From Macrostomum hystrix (Eukaryota; Animalia; Platyhelminthes), in contig CATNEN010000001.1 of the NCBI GenBank assembly GCA_950097015.1, positions 17,608,001 through 17,672,000 on the forward strand: a stretch of 64,000 nt of DNA, in the 5' to 3' direction. Below the pieces are notes generated by a model that saw only the letters and a list, made by a program, of their open reading frames with translations, did no database searches and was not told the DNA's origin. The position numbers were made by a program, and so were the translations under genes. Shown here in pieces: positions 23,283 to 35,997 of the stretch (positions are counted from its first letter, which is position 1; each line of letters starts with the position of its first letter).

Positions 23283-26099
23283 ATTCTGATCGACCAAATG
23301 AACACGTAGGGCTTTACGGAGCTAAGGAAGTTTAAAAAACTTAACCAATCTGTGCGTTAATTGCCGAGGTGGGTTCACAGGCAGGAATGGCTATATTTAG
23401 ATCCAGAATGGAAATTCTAGTTAATGAAATGGGTAGGGTCTTTTGCAAGCCAATGACCGCCCTCATGATAGATAGGAGTGTGGAGAACGGCGATAGAGTC
23501 GGAGGTCGATCGCGTAGCTGCTCGCGAGTTGTCGCAAGAAGAGGGACGAGATGAAGGGAGGGATGAAGGGAGAGATGAAGGGAGAGATGAGGCGGTACAC
23601 GGATGCAAGGAGTGGTCCTATTGGCCTCAGGCTGGCCAGTCCCACTCGTCCCATAGGCCACAGGCATGGCTGCCGTGCCTACCCCTAGCAATGCTCGAAA
23701 CCGGCTAAAGGTCTAAGGAGAGGTGTCGGACTGCCCGTAATCAGACAGGACAGGGCTAGATCATACTGTCGTCAGTAGCATGTAAATAACTGACTCCAAA
23801 CCTCGGTAGCGGTGGTCGAATCGGCCCAGGCTCTTGTCACAGAAATGCGGAAAGGCTATTGGCAAAGCGGAAAATGATCTCAGGTAGCGCCACCACCCAA
23901 TGCGCCTACGTTGCCACCGCAGACATTTGGGAACTTGGGTCCCCGGAGTACACAGCTCCCAGTTCATCACACAGATCTAGACAAGCCGAAAAATAGGGCA
24001 TTCTGCAACTTCCGTTTTAGACTGGGGTGAGAGCCCAGAATGGATCGAGACACGCCTCAAAAGGGGATTCCTGAATTTCGCGCTACAGGGGTCTAGAAAG
24101 GTGGTACTCAGAACTCGAATGAAAATCCATAGCCGGAATCCTACTCATGAAACATCAGACACATTCTTTACATTAGACTGCAGCCTACACATCAAGTAAC
24201 TAACAAACCCGAGTCTGTGTGAGATGAGGAAAACAGAGGCTGGAGAGATTAAACAGAACACTGGCTGAGTGATTACGCAAGCGCAAGATTATTAGATCAT
24301 CACTCTCGCTCCCGTGGCCGCAGTTGCGAGAGGGGGATAGGGGAAAACTCCATTGGAAAGGGAGTTCGACACGTACACCTTGAACCCGCCCGCGAGGAAG
24401 AAGGAAAGCCGGCCAAGGATTCCCCCGACCTCCTGGGAAGAAATGCACGTCCTACACTCCGCATTTTGCTCGCGAATCCCTAGCTCCTTATTACTCTTAT
24501 GCGCGCTTACAGTTGTCTTCCTGCCGCAGCTTTCAGCTCGGCATCACCAGAGCCCACCCCCTGAGACTTTAGCCACTCATAGCTGAGGGCTGTCTAAGAG
24601 ATAAAATAAACATGGAGAATAAAGCAGAGGGGATTTAAATTGTTATTAAAGATTGGCCTATGATCAATAGATTTGGCGATAGTTGTGCTAATTTATTAAG
24701 CCAAAAGTCCTAGTGCCCTTTTTCCCACTAAAGTGCCGCCTAGTTAGAGAAAAGTCCCTTAGGATTAACAATTACAAAACCGCTGCGCGGGTTACTTAGC
24801 TGGGTACCGATTGCGTGCCACAGGCCTGTCGTTCTCGAAGGGGGGCAGGGCAAAATAGCAAAGACAGAGAAGGGAAAAAGCTAAAATGAGCTGGAAGGGG
24901 CCAACACACTAGTGGAGCTCTATGGCTCAATTTGAAGGCTCACCTAAAGAGGTGGCTTGAACTTAGGGGATTAGGAGCAGGCAATGTGCCCGTGGAACTG
25001 GTCTGAGCTTATAGCTCTAGGGTCTAAGCTAGGGAAAAGCTGTCCGGGGAAGGTCTTGCGGTTGGGGAGTTTCCCGGAGGAAAGAGGGTCCTAGAGGGAG
25101 CGGCGCAGCGCGCTTGCTTAAATAGTCCTGCAGCACGCCAACCTCGACATTCATCAAAGCAACCCACATTCGCGCCAGCCTGTCATCGAGGAATCGAAGC
25201 GGCGATGGCCGCCCCGATTACCCAGTGAACCGGCGGCGAGAAACGACAGATGCTCCTCGAGAGCAGCTGCCGGCAGACAGCCAATAATTGTTACTCCGCC
25301 AGGAAAATGGGAAGCGCAGGCGCCGACCTGCCTACAGTGACATTTACATGTATCTAAGAGAGGAGGTCATAAAGTCGAGCTAGGCTCGAATACCGTAAAG
25401 ACCACGACATGAAGAATTAATGATCACTCATAATGCCCGAGTGATTCCCGATATCTGATCGCGGTTTGGAGCAGAATTATGACCTAAACTACTCATACAA
25501 TAAAAGCTATGGCCGCGATCAGTCATTCCTACAGGGGTCTAGACAGATCCAGGGAGAAGGGATTCGACGGCTACTTAATTCACCGCCGCCCAAAACCCGG
25601 CCCTAAGATTAATGATCTTGTTTGCGGCCAGCTGCTAAAAAGCGACACGCTTGGGAGGAAATCCGAACCACGATGGAGGCAAGTGGGTTGTGCAAGCCAG
25701 TTGCATATCTGCGCAAAACAATGTGGAAAAACATTTGGATGGCAACAATGAAGAAGCGAGGCGCTAGTCGTTAGACGGGCGCCGGAAGGACTCTCGCCAA
25801 GGAGACAGATGTGGATCGTATGGTTCTAGAAGTCATTGGAAAGGAAAGTCCTTCGGTATGTGGGCTTGATGTCGAAGAAAGCGTGCCCTGCATTCCACCC
25901 GATGCCGCTTCCGATGCATCTGTCCATATAGACAACTTAAACCGAACTATGCCTAGCAGCTCGGCGGAAAAGCCATCCATGGCCAGGCCTTCGATGTTGG
26001 CTCCGCTCAGCGACGAAGCAGGCTAAGCGCCATCGACCACACATCGAAGGAAGGCGGAGAAGATTACATTTCAAAGTTGCATTGATGCAAAGTTGCATC

Positions 26100-26601
26100 C
26101 ATGTCTAGGTGTCCTCCTGGACGCAAATCTCTGCTTGAAAAAACAAGTGGACAACAAGGCGAACACGTGCAGGGCCATAGTCATGTCCCTGCGCCGCATC
26201 GCCAAGATCACCAAACTGAGCAGCGTCACTCTCAAGATGCAGTACAGGGCCTAAGTTGAGAGCGCTCTCACCTACGGCGCCCCATCTTGACTCTGATCGG
26301 CGTCACCAACCAGATCAAGCTGCAAATGATCCAAAACCTTGCTCTGCGAATCTGATACGGTGTGCCTTTTTACCTGAGCACCGAATACCTTTACAAACTG
26401 GCCAGCATGCCAATACTCTCAGCCAGAATCAAGCAGCTCAGTGTGGCCTGGCTGCTTAAGAAGAGAGCTCGGCTGCACGGCTTCCATATCGAGCCGGAGC
26501 TGCCACACGCTCCGGGCCGAGTCCCCATCCTCAATGTCCTGTTGGCTCCCCTGAGGCAGGGACAAATCAACAGGCAGAACCCACTCCAAATCCAAGGCTG
26601 A
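26100..26601 (+). mobile_element. Non-LTR retrotransposon 3' fragment (end of RT/thumb), degenerate
   Basis: LGVLLDANLCLKKQV...YRA*VESALTYGAPI...KLQMIQNLALRI*YGVPFYLSTEYLYKLA. Confidence 0.75.
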
Positions 26602-27589
26602 GCAGTCTCTTAGACCCATGGCCCTGAAAGTAAACTAAGATGAAATTTAAATAGCTGCCTGAGCTCAAGAGGGCTGGTGAGCAGTGCTCAGCTGCTCTAA
26701 TATTCCAGTCTCTTGTTAACGCTTTTTTATACTGACTACATGCTTTTATTGCCTATGAGTATTTATGGCTTTATTGTTATTTTTGCCTTTTTTCACAAGC
26801 TGCTAGCTTTTATATTATTTATTATATTATCTATAATATTTTATTATTTATTATTACTATGTTCAATATTCGGGGGAAAAAGCCTAGATCGAATTGTGTA
26901 AATTCGATTATATATATTTTAAATCTCTGCGGCAGAGTTCTTCGGAACTGATCCGCGCACCAGTCCTTTGGGGAATTAATTTCAACAACAAAGGCTGAGG
27001 CCGAGCTCCAGCGCCTAGAGGCCGAGCGCATGCAGGCCGACGGTCGCCTAGAAGCCCTCGGATATTCAACTTCTTAGCTTTTGCTCGACCAGCCGGGTCT
27101 CTTCGTTCAGACCGATCAGACTTTGAAAACAAATAAAGATCAGAGAACACTAGGATATGACACTTGATATAAAAATAAACTACGTGGCTGCGATCGCCAC
27201 AATTTTCTTGTTGATTCTCACTATCATTCTCGATCATAAATCTTACTGAATCGATCCCAGTCTCGAGGACTGCACGTCCATGGACGTCGCGACGGCCACG
27301 CTGGCGTCTCCCACGTCTCTGGTGGATGTCGAGCGTTATTTAGCCGTTCGCCTGCTGCTGAGCGGTTGGTCCAGCAGGCGTGCGAATTTCCGCACATGCA
27401 AGACCTGCAGCCGTTCCTGTCGCGGCAGTACGTGGCCGATTTCGTTGGCGCCATCAAGCATGAGAGTTTTTCTTCAATTAAAAATTCAAAATAAAGATGA
27501 CTTTTAAAAATGTCCAACCATGGCTTTTAAAAGTGACTTTAAAATGAGTAATAGTAGTCATATGACGTCCAAAATCTCAATCAGGTTCT

Positions 27590-28646
27590 TTATTCTGGAG
27601 AAGGGCGTGACGGCTGGCTGGAACCTCACGTTGAGGGCAAATTTCGGCGCCTTCGCATTGTCCCACCCCGACATCCAGCCGACTTCAAGACACGCCTGGC
27701 TGTTACGAAGGAAGACGACTCCATTGTCGAGGTAGCGCTAAACGAGGCTGTCCTCTAGTCGTTCTACGCCAACACCTCCGTGTACTGTCGCGCTGGGCTA
27801 TCGGCTTGCGCCTTGCTTGACTTCGCGCTTAATCGCGGTGGTACTGGTAAGACTATTTCTCTGACTTGATGGCGTAGATCAGGGAAGCCCGGATTAAAAT
27901 TGTTCAGCAGAACTACCTGAGGGGAATTCCCTCCCCCCTAGAGGGGAACTCTATTTTGCATAAAAACCACTATTTTTATCTCAGGCCCTGAGCTAGTCAG
28001 GAAAATCTTATGTGCCACTTTGGACCGGCAGCCTCGTGCTAATTGCTCAGAATATTCTGATGTAAATCAATAATCTCCAAAGACATATCCTTCGTGGTTT
28101 CAACAAGGCCTACATTATCGACGCTTATTTTCCTTACCATTTAATGCCCCGGATGACCAGATATATATTTGCAGATATTTGATATTAGATAAGGGTATGA
28201 TTACTGACTCCATATAATTAGTAATTAGGCCGTTAATTTATTCACTCTTAACGTTTTTTAATAAACCAATTATACTGCTATTAGTTGCCACATAGAAACT
28301 TATTCTCTTAAAACTTAAAACAGAGGCTATCGCCGAATCGTTTTACCGAACGATGCACTCGCAGCAAAAGTAGGACGGGCAAAGCAAAGAGGTCCTGCAA
28401 CGCCGTACTAAGCTCAAGTGGATGCTGCCTCCCCTGGGTAGCGACGCCTGCGAGCAATTCTTGGACGAGGCGGTGCAGCTGTACTTTTGGGGCAACGCGA
28501 AGAGCGGCATCCGTAAGCACCACGTGCAGTACTTCGTCTCTACCCTCGCCACGCAGTACATCGTGAGCAAAGTGGTGAATCGGCGAAAAGACCTTACATC
28601 GCATAGCGACTTTATCGGCACAGCCGTAGAGCGTGACGACGACTAA
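27590..28646 (+). pseudogene. Degenerate exons of an unidentified, possibly hAT-like, transposase C-terminus
   Basis: SFYAN..VY...CALLDFALNRGGT|gtaag and RTKLKWMLPPL...LYFWG...YIVSKVVNR; family assignment is tentative. Confidence 0.3.
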
Positions 28647-29389
28647 TGCCCTGAAAACTTTTTTGGCGTACATTCGTGTGCGATGTAAGTCCGTTGGCGT
28701 ACACCAACCAGTACACGATCCTGACACTGGCGGCCGCTGTAGCCCTAAGTATGGCACAAAGTTAACTATTACTTCACATTCACTCTTAAAAAGTAACTAG
28801 ATACTGAAAGTCAAGTTTTGAAAAGTGCCAGAGCTTTTAAGTCCAAAATTTGACTTGGAAAATTCCTTTATTTTAAGTTTTGACATCAGCTAAATTTTAT
28901 TATTATTTTATTCAATATAAGTTTTATAAAATTTACGTAAAATTTTCCTTAATAAAACTTAATTTTTTTTCTTTTAAATCTAGTTCTTATTCAGGTCTAA
29001 ATTCATTTTAAAATCACATCATATGGCTTAGTTCTTGCAAATTCGTTCTATACCTTAGCCTTAGATGATGATCGCAGCCACAAGTGGCGAAGCCAGTGCT
29101 TTGTAATGTCAACAACGTCAAAAATGTCAACACATTACCTTGCGAGGGAGTGACTGCAACTGAACTTGTCTTTCTAAGTGAGCTGAGCTCAACGAACCAT
29201 AGCACGGATACGAACCTGGAAGAATTTATCTAATTCTTAACTACGTTTAAGACTCCCGAGGATGCCGCTGCTAACGAGGCTGTTTCGCTTCTAGAAGAAC
29301 AAGACCTATCTCCTCAGTTGCTACTTACCTGCAAGTTTGGCGTGCATCCGCGCTAGACTGCAGCAGCAATTTTGCACTAGTTTTAAAAC

Positions 29390-30076
29390 GCCGGTCGAAC
29401 ATCATCTGCGGCGACGAAATCAAGGACGCCAATCGAAAGCTGCGCGTCAAAGTGCGCCACTTTCATGGAGCAGGCGGCGCAGTCAAACATTACGAACCAA
29501 TAGAGAAACGTGACCTGCAGAAAATGCAAGCCTACTTTGACCGTTCGACTGGTGAGAGGTTGCAGGATGAAGTGCTTCTTACATTGCTCTACGTGCTGGG
29601 TGAAAGGGGTCAAGAGCACCTGACCAACCTGAAGAAAATCGGCACGCGTACCCCGCGCTGCCACCACTGCCGACGAAGAATCAAATTAGCGACCCAGCCA
29701 AAGCCAAGGGAAATCTTGCCAAGCAGAGCAGGATCTATGGTGCGCAAAGAGACCTGATCCTGCAGTTTGCTACCGCCGAATGCGAAGTCCTTCTTTCCTC
29801 ATCCTCTCAGCAACAGTCAATCAGTAGACGTTAGCTTCTCTTCAAGACAAGTGCGGGGAATCAACTGGTTAGCTGGATTTATGAAGTCCCTAAGCGACAA
29901 ATGCCAAATTTCTAACTGCCGTCAGTAGCAACTTGAAAACCTCGACGACTGGGCAAGACGTGAGCAAGAGCAGCACTAGTGGTGTCGTGATGAAAAGCGC
30001 TCATGTCGATGTGGGAGGCATGCAGCAGCCCATGTTCGCAAACTGCCACTTTGACGGGTGCACGTTTAATTTCTAA
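29390..30076 (+). mobile_element. Crypton-type tyrosine recombinase (DUF3504-like) remnant, internally deleted
   Basis: IKDANRKL..K..G..VKHYEPIEKRDLQKM..YF..LQDEV..LYVLGERGQEHL, then GINWLAGFMKSLSDKCQIS, and a C-terminal FANCHFDGCTFNF*. Confidence 0.7.
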
Positions 30077-30962
30077 GCGGGAAAGGAGTGACTACTATTA
30101 AAAGCAACACTTTCGCTGCAAACGAACTAAGTACTTCTGTGTCTCTTCTGTTTTACAGTCATTTCCCTGTCCCTTGAGTGTTTGGTACCAACATGCAGTT
30201 TGAAACGCATAAGAAATATAAACACGTTTTCGTTTCTCGTTCGTTTATCCTATCCGGCATTTTGCCGTGTCTTAATGACTTCATTAAGAAATGCTTTATA
30301 TCACGCTAAGCCATATAACACGCTAAACATTAATTGATTGACTGAATTGATGAAGTCCGATATCCAAAAAACTACTGTTCAGGCCTCTATTGCCAAGGCC
30401 TCAGTGCTTGGCATCTGGCACGACGTCAACCACTTCGTCCTTTCATGGATGAACTTGAGCAGCGGCTTTTTGACAATTATGGACCTTGCTGGATAGCGGG
30501 AACCTTAGCTGCCTTGCATTTGAGAAGTTGTCAATAACAAATTCCAAACCTTTGCTTCAAATTTTTATTACGGACACTGCACGTCACAATTCCTCTTTTG
30601 ACTTGCAACGATAAGCAAGGCGACACTGTGAATATCATTTTAATTTGGATTTTCTTTATCAAACTATATGCATTTTTAGCACGTTGGCACTTCCGGTCGA
30701 TGCTAAATGGCCAAAACTTAAGGGCCGCAGTTTTGAACACCCGATGCATTTATGCTACGCAAATAGTGCAGCAAGCGGACGCAGCCAGTACAGGCGACTG
30801 CGCAAGTCTTGCTAAATTATTGCCAAAAATAGCGCCTTGCTCCGGCGGCCAGAAAGGGTGTCGATTCCCGCTGCTTTATATGCGGTGAAAAGGATTGCGG
30901 AGCTGCCGAGCCCGAGAAAGAGCAAAAGAGCAAAATGAAATTACACCCCGCAGCCTGAGCCT

Positions 30963-31494
30963 GTGCCAACCGTTGAGACGAGGCCGGCTGGGAGGCTGAG
31001 CCGGTCTACCATCAATTATCGTCCCCCGACAACCACTAAAGATATTACGGAACGCGTTCTGGGCATCAACGGAAAGACGGACATCGCGATCGCCGTTGCA
31101 CCTGCTGGCGAGAAGGGACTGGGCGCCTTCACAAGGATTAACCTAGCTGCCGAGGCGTATGTCGACGAGTTCGCCGGAATCCTGCTGAACGAGCAGGAAG
31201 CGATTAGGCGGGAAGTTGAACCCAACTCTGACTGGCTTCTATTTGAATTTAGATTTAACAGTAAATTATGGGTAGTTGACGCCAGCAACAGCGATGGATT
31301 GGGGAGGTATCTCAATCATTCTGCTACTGCTCCCAACTGTAAAGTTCATTGTCATCGACCAGGGGCTCCGACCAGTCGTTTATTTTGTGACAACCCAATA
31401 TGTTTCAGCAGGCACAGAACTTACGTTCGACTACACGGCTGGTAAAATCATTGACAGTGACGTTCTTGTTAAGAACCCATGGCTGCGAGACTAG
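30963..31494 (+). pseudogene. Third PR-Set7-like SET domain, one frameshift near 31345
   Basis: GEKGLGAF, YVDEFAG, WVVDAS, LGRYLNHS..PNC-(frameshift)-RPVVYFVT...GTELTFDY...KNPWLRD*. Confidence 0.8.
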
Positions 31495-31799
31495 GTATAC
31501 AAACATGTTTCTATGACTCGTTTAGTTTATTTTGCGTAACTTGCATCCGTGTATATGTACAACTATGTATCCTCTGTCGTAAACTACTTTGTTGTTAAAG
31601 TAACTTCTAGGAACAGTTGGCATATAGAGCTCTTCGACATAGTCACAGAACTTGCAAGGCCGAAAGAGCTGAGGTAACGGCAGAATTAAAACTGATAAGA
31701 ATGTTTAGAGTTTCGACCCTGGCTACCTAGACTGTATGGGTCTTCCCAGAAGTAAAGCCTTATCTAATTAGTCTGTGATCCCCACCGAAAATCGAAATT

Positions 31800-32040
31800 T
31801 GTGAACAGGGACATTGTTTTTCGATAAGGCACATTTGAGGTATTTCAGGCCTTGGGTATAGATATAATAATGAATACGCACAAGGAGAAGAGCTCGTACG
31901 CACCAGTGAAAAGAGTTGTGCTAAGTAATAAGGAGATTCACGAGATTGTGCTGCAGTTTGAGACGGAAGATGGTTTTGGTGTTGATTTTAACGGTGAAGA
32001 GTTTGTATTGACGTTGATCATGAGAGAATGTAAGCTGCCT
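31800..32040 (+). pseudogene. Possible Polinton/Maverick-like minor capsid (penton) C-terminal fragment
   Basis: SYAPVKR...IHEIVLQFETEDGFGVDFNGEEFVLTLIMR resembles the Y-x-P-V...I..I...D..G..IDF-x-GE...L..R pattern of Polinton minor capsid C-termini. Confidence 0.35.
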
Positions 32041-32909
32041 AATGATTTCTGCAAAGTTATAGTAGCTGTCGTAGTCCTTTATAATTACTCCATACTTATG
32101 ATACCAGTGACTCTTAACTGATAGATTAATATTAGGGACGTTGATATCAACGCCGGGCCAATATTTTCTCATGTACTCGCTGCATTCTAGTTTGCATCGG
32201 TATTTACTTTTGTAATTAGGCTCATGCCTTGTGTAATAAGATCCTGGAGAGACGATTGGAAACATTTTTAATGAGAATAAAAATTTTTCGGAGGATGAGC
32301 ACACTAGGTTTGGGATTTTGAGTTTTGGGATTGGGATTTTAGCTCTAATTTGATTATCTTAGCACGCTTTTTGCAGGTTCACTTTTTTTCCTGATCTCTT
32401 TCGGAATAGTTTGTGCATTATGGAGGATGCGATAATTTTTTATCCCAGATATGCAACTCAGAAACTGATGTGGAATATTAAAAGTAGAGAATTTAGAATA
32501 TGGAGACGGATTTTTCATGAGAGAGGCGGGGACCATTTTTTCCTGATCTCTTCGGAATGGTTCGTGGATAATGGAGACTGCGATAATTTTTGTCCTAGAA
32601 GGCCCCCTTTGCCTACTACTAGGAGCTGCATGCCGTCTGCAGAGCGGGCCAGGCTGTCCGCATTGCCGGAGGCGAGGTGAAGATGGCGGCCGCCCAATTC
32701 AACACCGCGGACAACAAGTTCGAAATTGTTGTCTGTCGACTCGAGAGGCAGCATTTATCGCAGCAACGAAGTTGTGGAACCGCGTGCACCCGTGTTTACG
32801 CCGATTCCAAAACTCGAGTCCGTGGAGTCGAACAAGTAGGCGTCATGAATTTCATACATTTTTGGTTTTTATGCTAAAAAATGGAACTCGTGCAATAGAA
32901 GACTGATAT

Positions 32910-33305
32910 TTGAGTAACCAATACCGCCAATTCCACAGGCACGTCAGTGTACGCGGTGCAATCGCTTCGATTCAGCCGGAAAGGGAAGTCACGAAGCGAG
33001 ACGGATGTACGGTTACCCTCACGAAGGTGAAGCTGGTAGACGCTTCGAAGTCAACGGTGGAATGCGCCTTCTGGGGAGCCTCGACCTCCTAGGTGGCCGA
33101 CTGGTCGGTTGGCGACGTTCTAGAAGTGCCGAGAGCAACGGCCCAGCAGTTTGCTGGACTTGTCAACCTGAGTTGCAGGGAAGCCAAGAAATGTGATGCC
33201 GCATCATGGCCAGAACTGCGGAGCCTGGTTGATTCGTCGGACTCAACCCAGGAGGATTTCTGTCCCGTGATGGCATCACAGCCGGCAAATTTTGAGCGGC
33301 ACTGA
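32910..33305 (+). pseudogene. RPA70-like OB-fold ssDNA-binding domain with an internal TAG
   Basis: VSVRGAIASIQPEREVTKRDG..TKVKLVDASKSTVECAFWG...*VADWSVGDVL....AQQFAG..NLS. Confidence 0.65.
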
Positions 33306-34005
33306 CCGACACCGCAGCAGTCGAGGTCGGAAATCGTCATGGACTATCCCCGGAATTTCTACGAAGCGTAGAGCAGTGTGCAGCAGCTCCGGCTTCGCTT
33401 TGAGGGCTTAGAGCTTAGAGTTTACACGCAGAGCAACCAGGAGCAGGAACATGTACAACCGCAGACCAGCACGCCAGAACAAAGCTTCCAGACTCGTGAT
33501 GCTGATAAGAATTTAAATGAGTGAGTAAATCGGGACAGATTTAAATTCAATTGTGTTCTTGATTGTATTATTAAAGTCACATTGAGTCACAGTGAAGTAT
33601 TTTTGCCCGGATGATTCACTGAGTAAATCCTACTAATTAAGGGTAGGTCGCTGCAAATCAGTATGGGCTGACAGAGAGTCTGAACTGTACATATCAGCTG
33701 CTTTATGTACTGCTGGAAGTTCCAAACTCTAATAAATGGGATTTGCAGCTGGCGAGCTCTGAAGCAGCAATTATTAAGCTAGTGAATCATACTTTTACAG
33801 TGGATAGTGCAATCATCCACTGTATCTAGCTCCGTCGAATACATCTAATTATCCAAAGGGTGGGTTAAATATTTGTGAGTGATTAAATAGTAAGTGCTTA
33901 TAAGCAATGTAACATTCTATTCTAAAAATCAGAGTGCACACCAACAAAATAATATTAAATTAATAAATTAATAAATAATTAATTAATATAATAAATAATA
34001 AATAT

Positions 34006-34284
34006 TCAATCTATCTGAAACTGTTGTAAGTATAGTAACCATCTCAAAATTTGATTGTTCTGCAGTATTCTGCCTGTGAGTAGGCCTCTGAGTGGAGCGT
34101 GATCTACTCTCAGCAACGTAGGTATGGGAGCGGCGTATAAAAACTGTTCAAAGTTTCTGAATGCATGGTAGACCGCTAAAAGTTCGAGATGAGTAATTCC
34201 GTATCGCGTTTCTGCGTCTCTGGGTTGTCTGCTCGTGAACGCTATCGGTCTCTCCCGTCCCATCTCGTCCTTCTGCGAGAGCAT
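34006..34284 (-). mobile_element. Ty3/Gypsy RNase H fragment
   Basis: LSQ...ERPIAFTSR....ETRYGITHLELLAV...VDHAPL...RWLLYLQQF. Confidence 0.9.
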
Positions 34285-34502
34285 CGCTTCTATTGCCGGT
34301 CTAAGTCAAAGTCTAATAGATTTTTAAGTCTTATAGTTAGCTTGTTGCAGCCAGTCCTGCCTGCCGACTGTTGGTCTCTCCGTAGGACAGGGAGCAGAGG
34401 TGGAGGGGTGTTGTCAGACTTGTTGCGACCAGTCTCGCCAAGGCTCCTGGGTCCAAGGACAAGGAGGACGAAGACAGTGGAGAGCTGCCTCCGATAAGAG
34501 CA

Positions 34503-35249
34503 GTGGTGACAGAGTTCCTGAAGGTGCCGGTTAGCCAGGTTGAGTTGCTAGAAACTCAGCACCAAGACCCGGCAATCCGGTACCTGATCGAGCTGAAGCT
34601 GTCAGGGAGAGAAAAGCCCAGGTTAGATCAGCGACTCCAGATGCCGAAGGAGGTCAGAGACCTGCTGGGTGCATTTGAGGAGCTGGAGGTGCGCGACGGG
34701 TTGCTCGTCATTGACTTTGATGACAACCGGCCGGTGCGACCGGTGCTACCGAAAGCATTAGACTCGCGCGTCTTTGAGGCCTTGCATGACTCCCCTTTGG
34801 CGGGTCATCTCGGCCAGTCCAAGACGGTACAGAGAGTGAGAGACAGGTTCTGGAGACCCGGTCTCTGGACGGAGGCAACGGGGTACGTTGCGCGTTGCAG
34901 GACATGTCTGGAAAGTAAGACGAGGCGGAAAGAGTTGGTCCCACCGCAAAACTTTCCAGTTTGTGAGGTTTTGGAAAGGGTGCACGCCGACGTGATTGGG
35001 CCTTTGTCACAACCGAGCGCCCGAGGACATCGATACATCCTAACCCTGTGTGATGCAACATCGAAGTACCCGTTCGCCTACCCGATGAGGAACCAGAAGA
35101 CCAAGACAGTGCTCAAGCTGCTGCTAGATCGGTTCATTCCCGAGTACGGTGCACCAGCCTGGTTGCACACGGACCAGGGAACGAACTTCATGAGCGCAGA
35201 GTTTGAAGACTTCTGTAAGCTGTATGGAATCCGCTTAATGACACAATGA
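34503..35249 (+). mobile_element. Ty3/Gypsy integrase fragment (HHCC + first two Asp of DDE), truncated
   Basis: LHDSPLAGHLG...FWRPGL...CRTC, VHADVIGPL, WLHTDQGTNF. Confidence 0.9.
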
Positions 35250-35997
35250 TAAAGTTGCTCAGCGTTGGCAGCAAATTCTGGAGCTCAATAGTATGGAACT
35301 CGCAACCATACGCAAACAAAAACTACGAGTGTGCAGTCTGCACTTTCTGGACAGCGCTTACAATTGTCCTGCTTTGAGACACTGCTGGAGCACGTCTGCG
35401 CTGGGACGCTCTACTGGACATTGAATTGACGATGCCTCGGCTCACTCGTTACGATGCCGAACCGTTGGTCCCTAGAACAGAAGAAGCGGACAACACTTAC
35501 CCACCTCAGTTAGAGCGCTGGGACTCGGAGTCTACTGCTGCTGCTCATTATTCTCCACCTTCGCCGCCATCTGGATGTCAGCATCAGCATCGCATTCAAA
35601 CCGTGGATTCAAACAAATCAGCAACTAAACATAAAAATTTGGCATCGAGTGCCGCTGAGCCTTCAGGTGTGCATTTGAAAAACAGGATGCACTTGCACGC
35701 AGTCAAGTGGATTGAAGCAGCCGTCAGCCGCAGCCATTCAAGCGTTTTCAAAAAATGGAAGCATCGTTCGTGTCACATGTTGCGACCTACGTTTTACGAC
35801 CACAAGTTGCTGCGCTGATTACTGAGAAACTTTTCTCTAAAGGAATCTGCTTTCCAGTCTGCAGTTCACACTCAGAAGGTGTAAATCGCAGTATATTCAC
35901 GGCATTTGTTCGATTACGGTTGCATCACTGGTGTCGCGAAAATATGCGGAGCCTGCGAGTTGCTGCTTTGAAGCGATGTGCAGCTCGAAAACTTTAA
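35250..35997 (+). mobile_element. Internally deleted THAP/P-element-like transposase remnant
   Basis: QRWQQIL...LRVCSLHF (THAP C-terminal half) at ~35260-35350; P-like C-terminus FPVCSSH...FVRLRLHHWCRE...RKL*; catalytic core absent. Confidence 0.55.

Noticed and set aside
23541-23592. 12-bp (DEGR)n repeat ORF
   Set aside because: Short slippage repeat in unidentifiable degenerate sequence.
31625-31672. Possible hammerhead ribozyme (agctcttc...ccgaaagagct)
   Set aside because: Stem III and GAAA are present but the CUGANGA core is missing.
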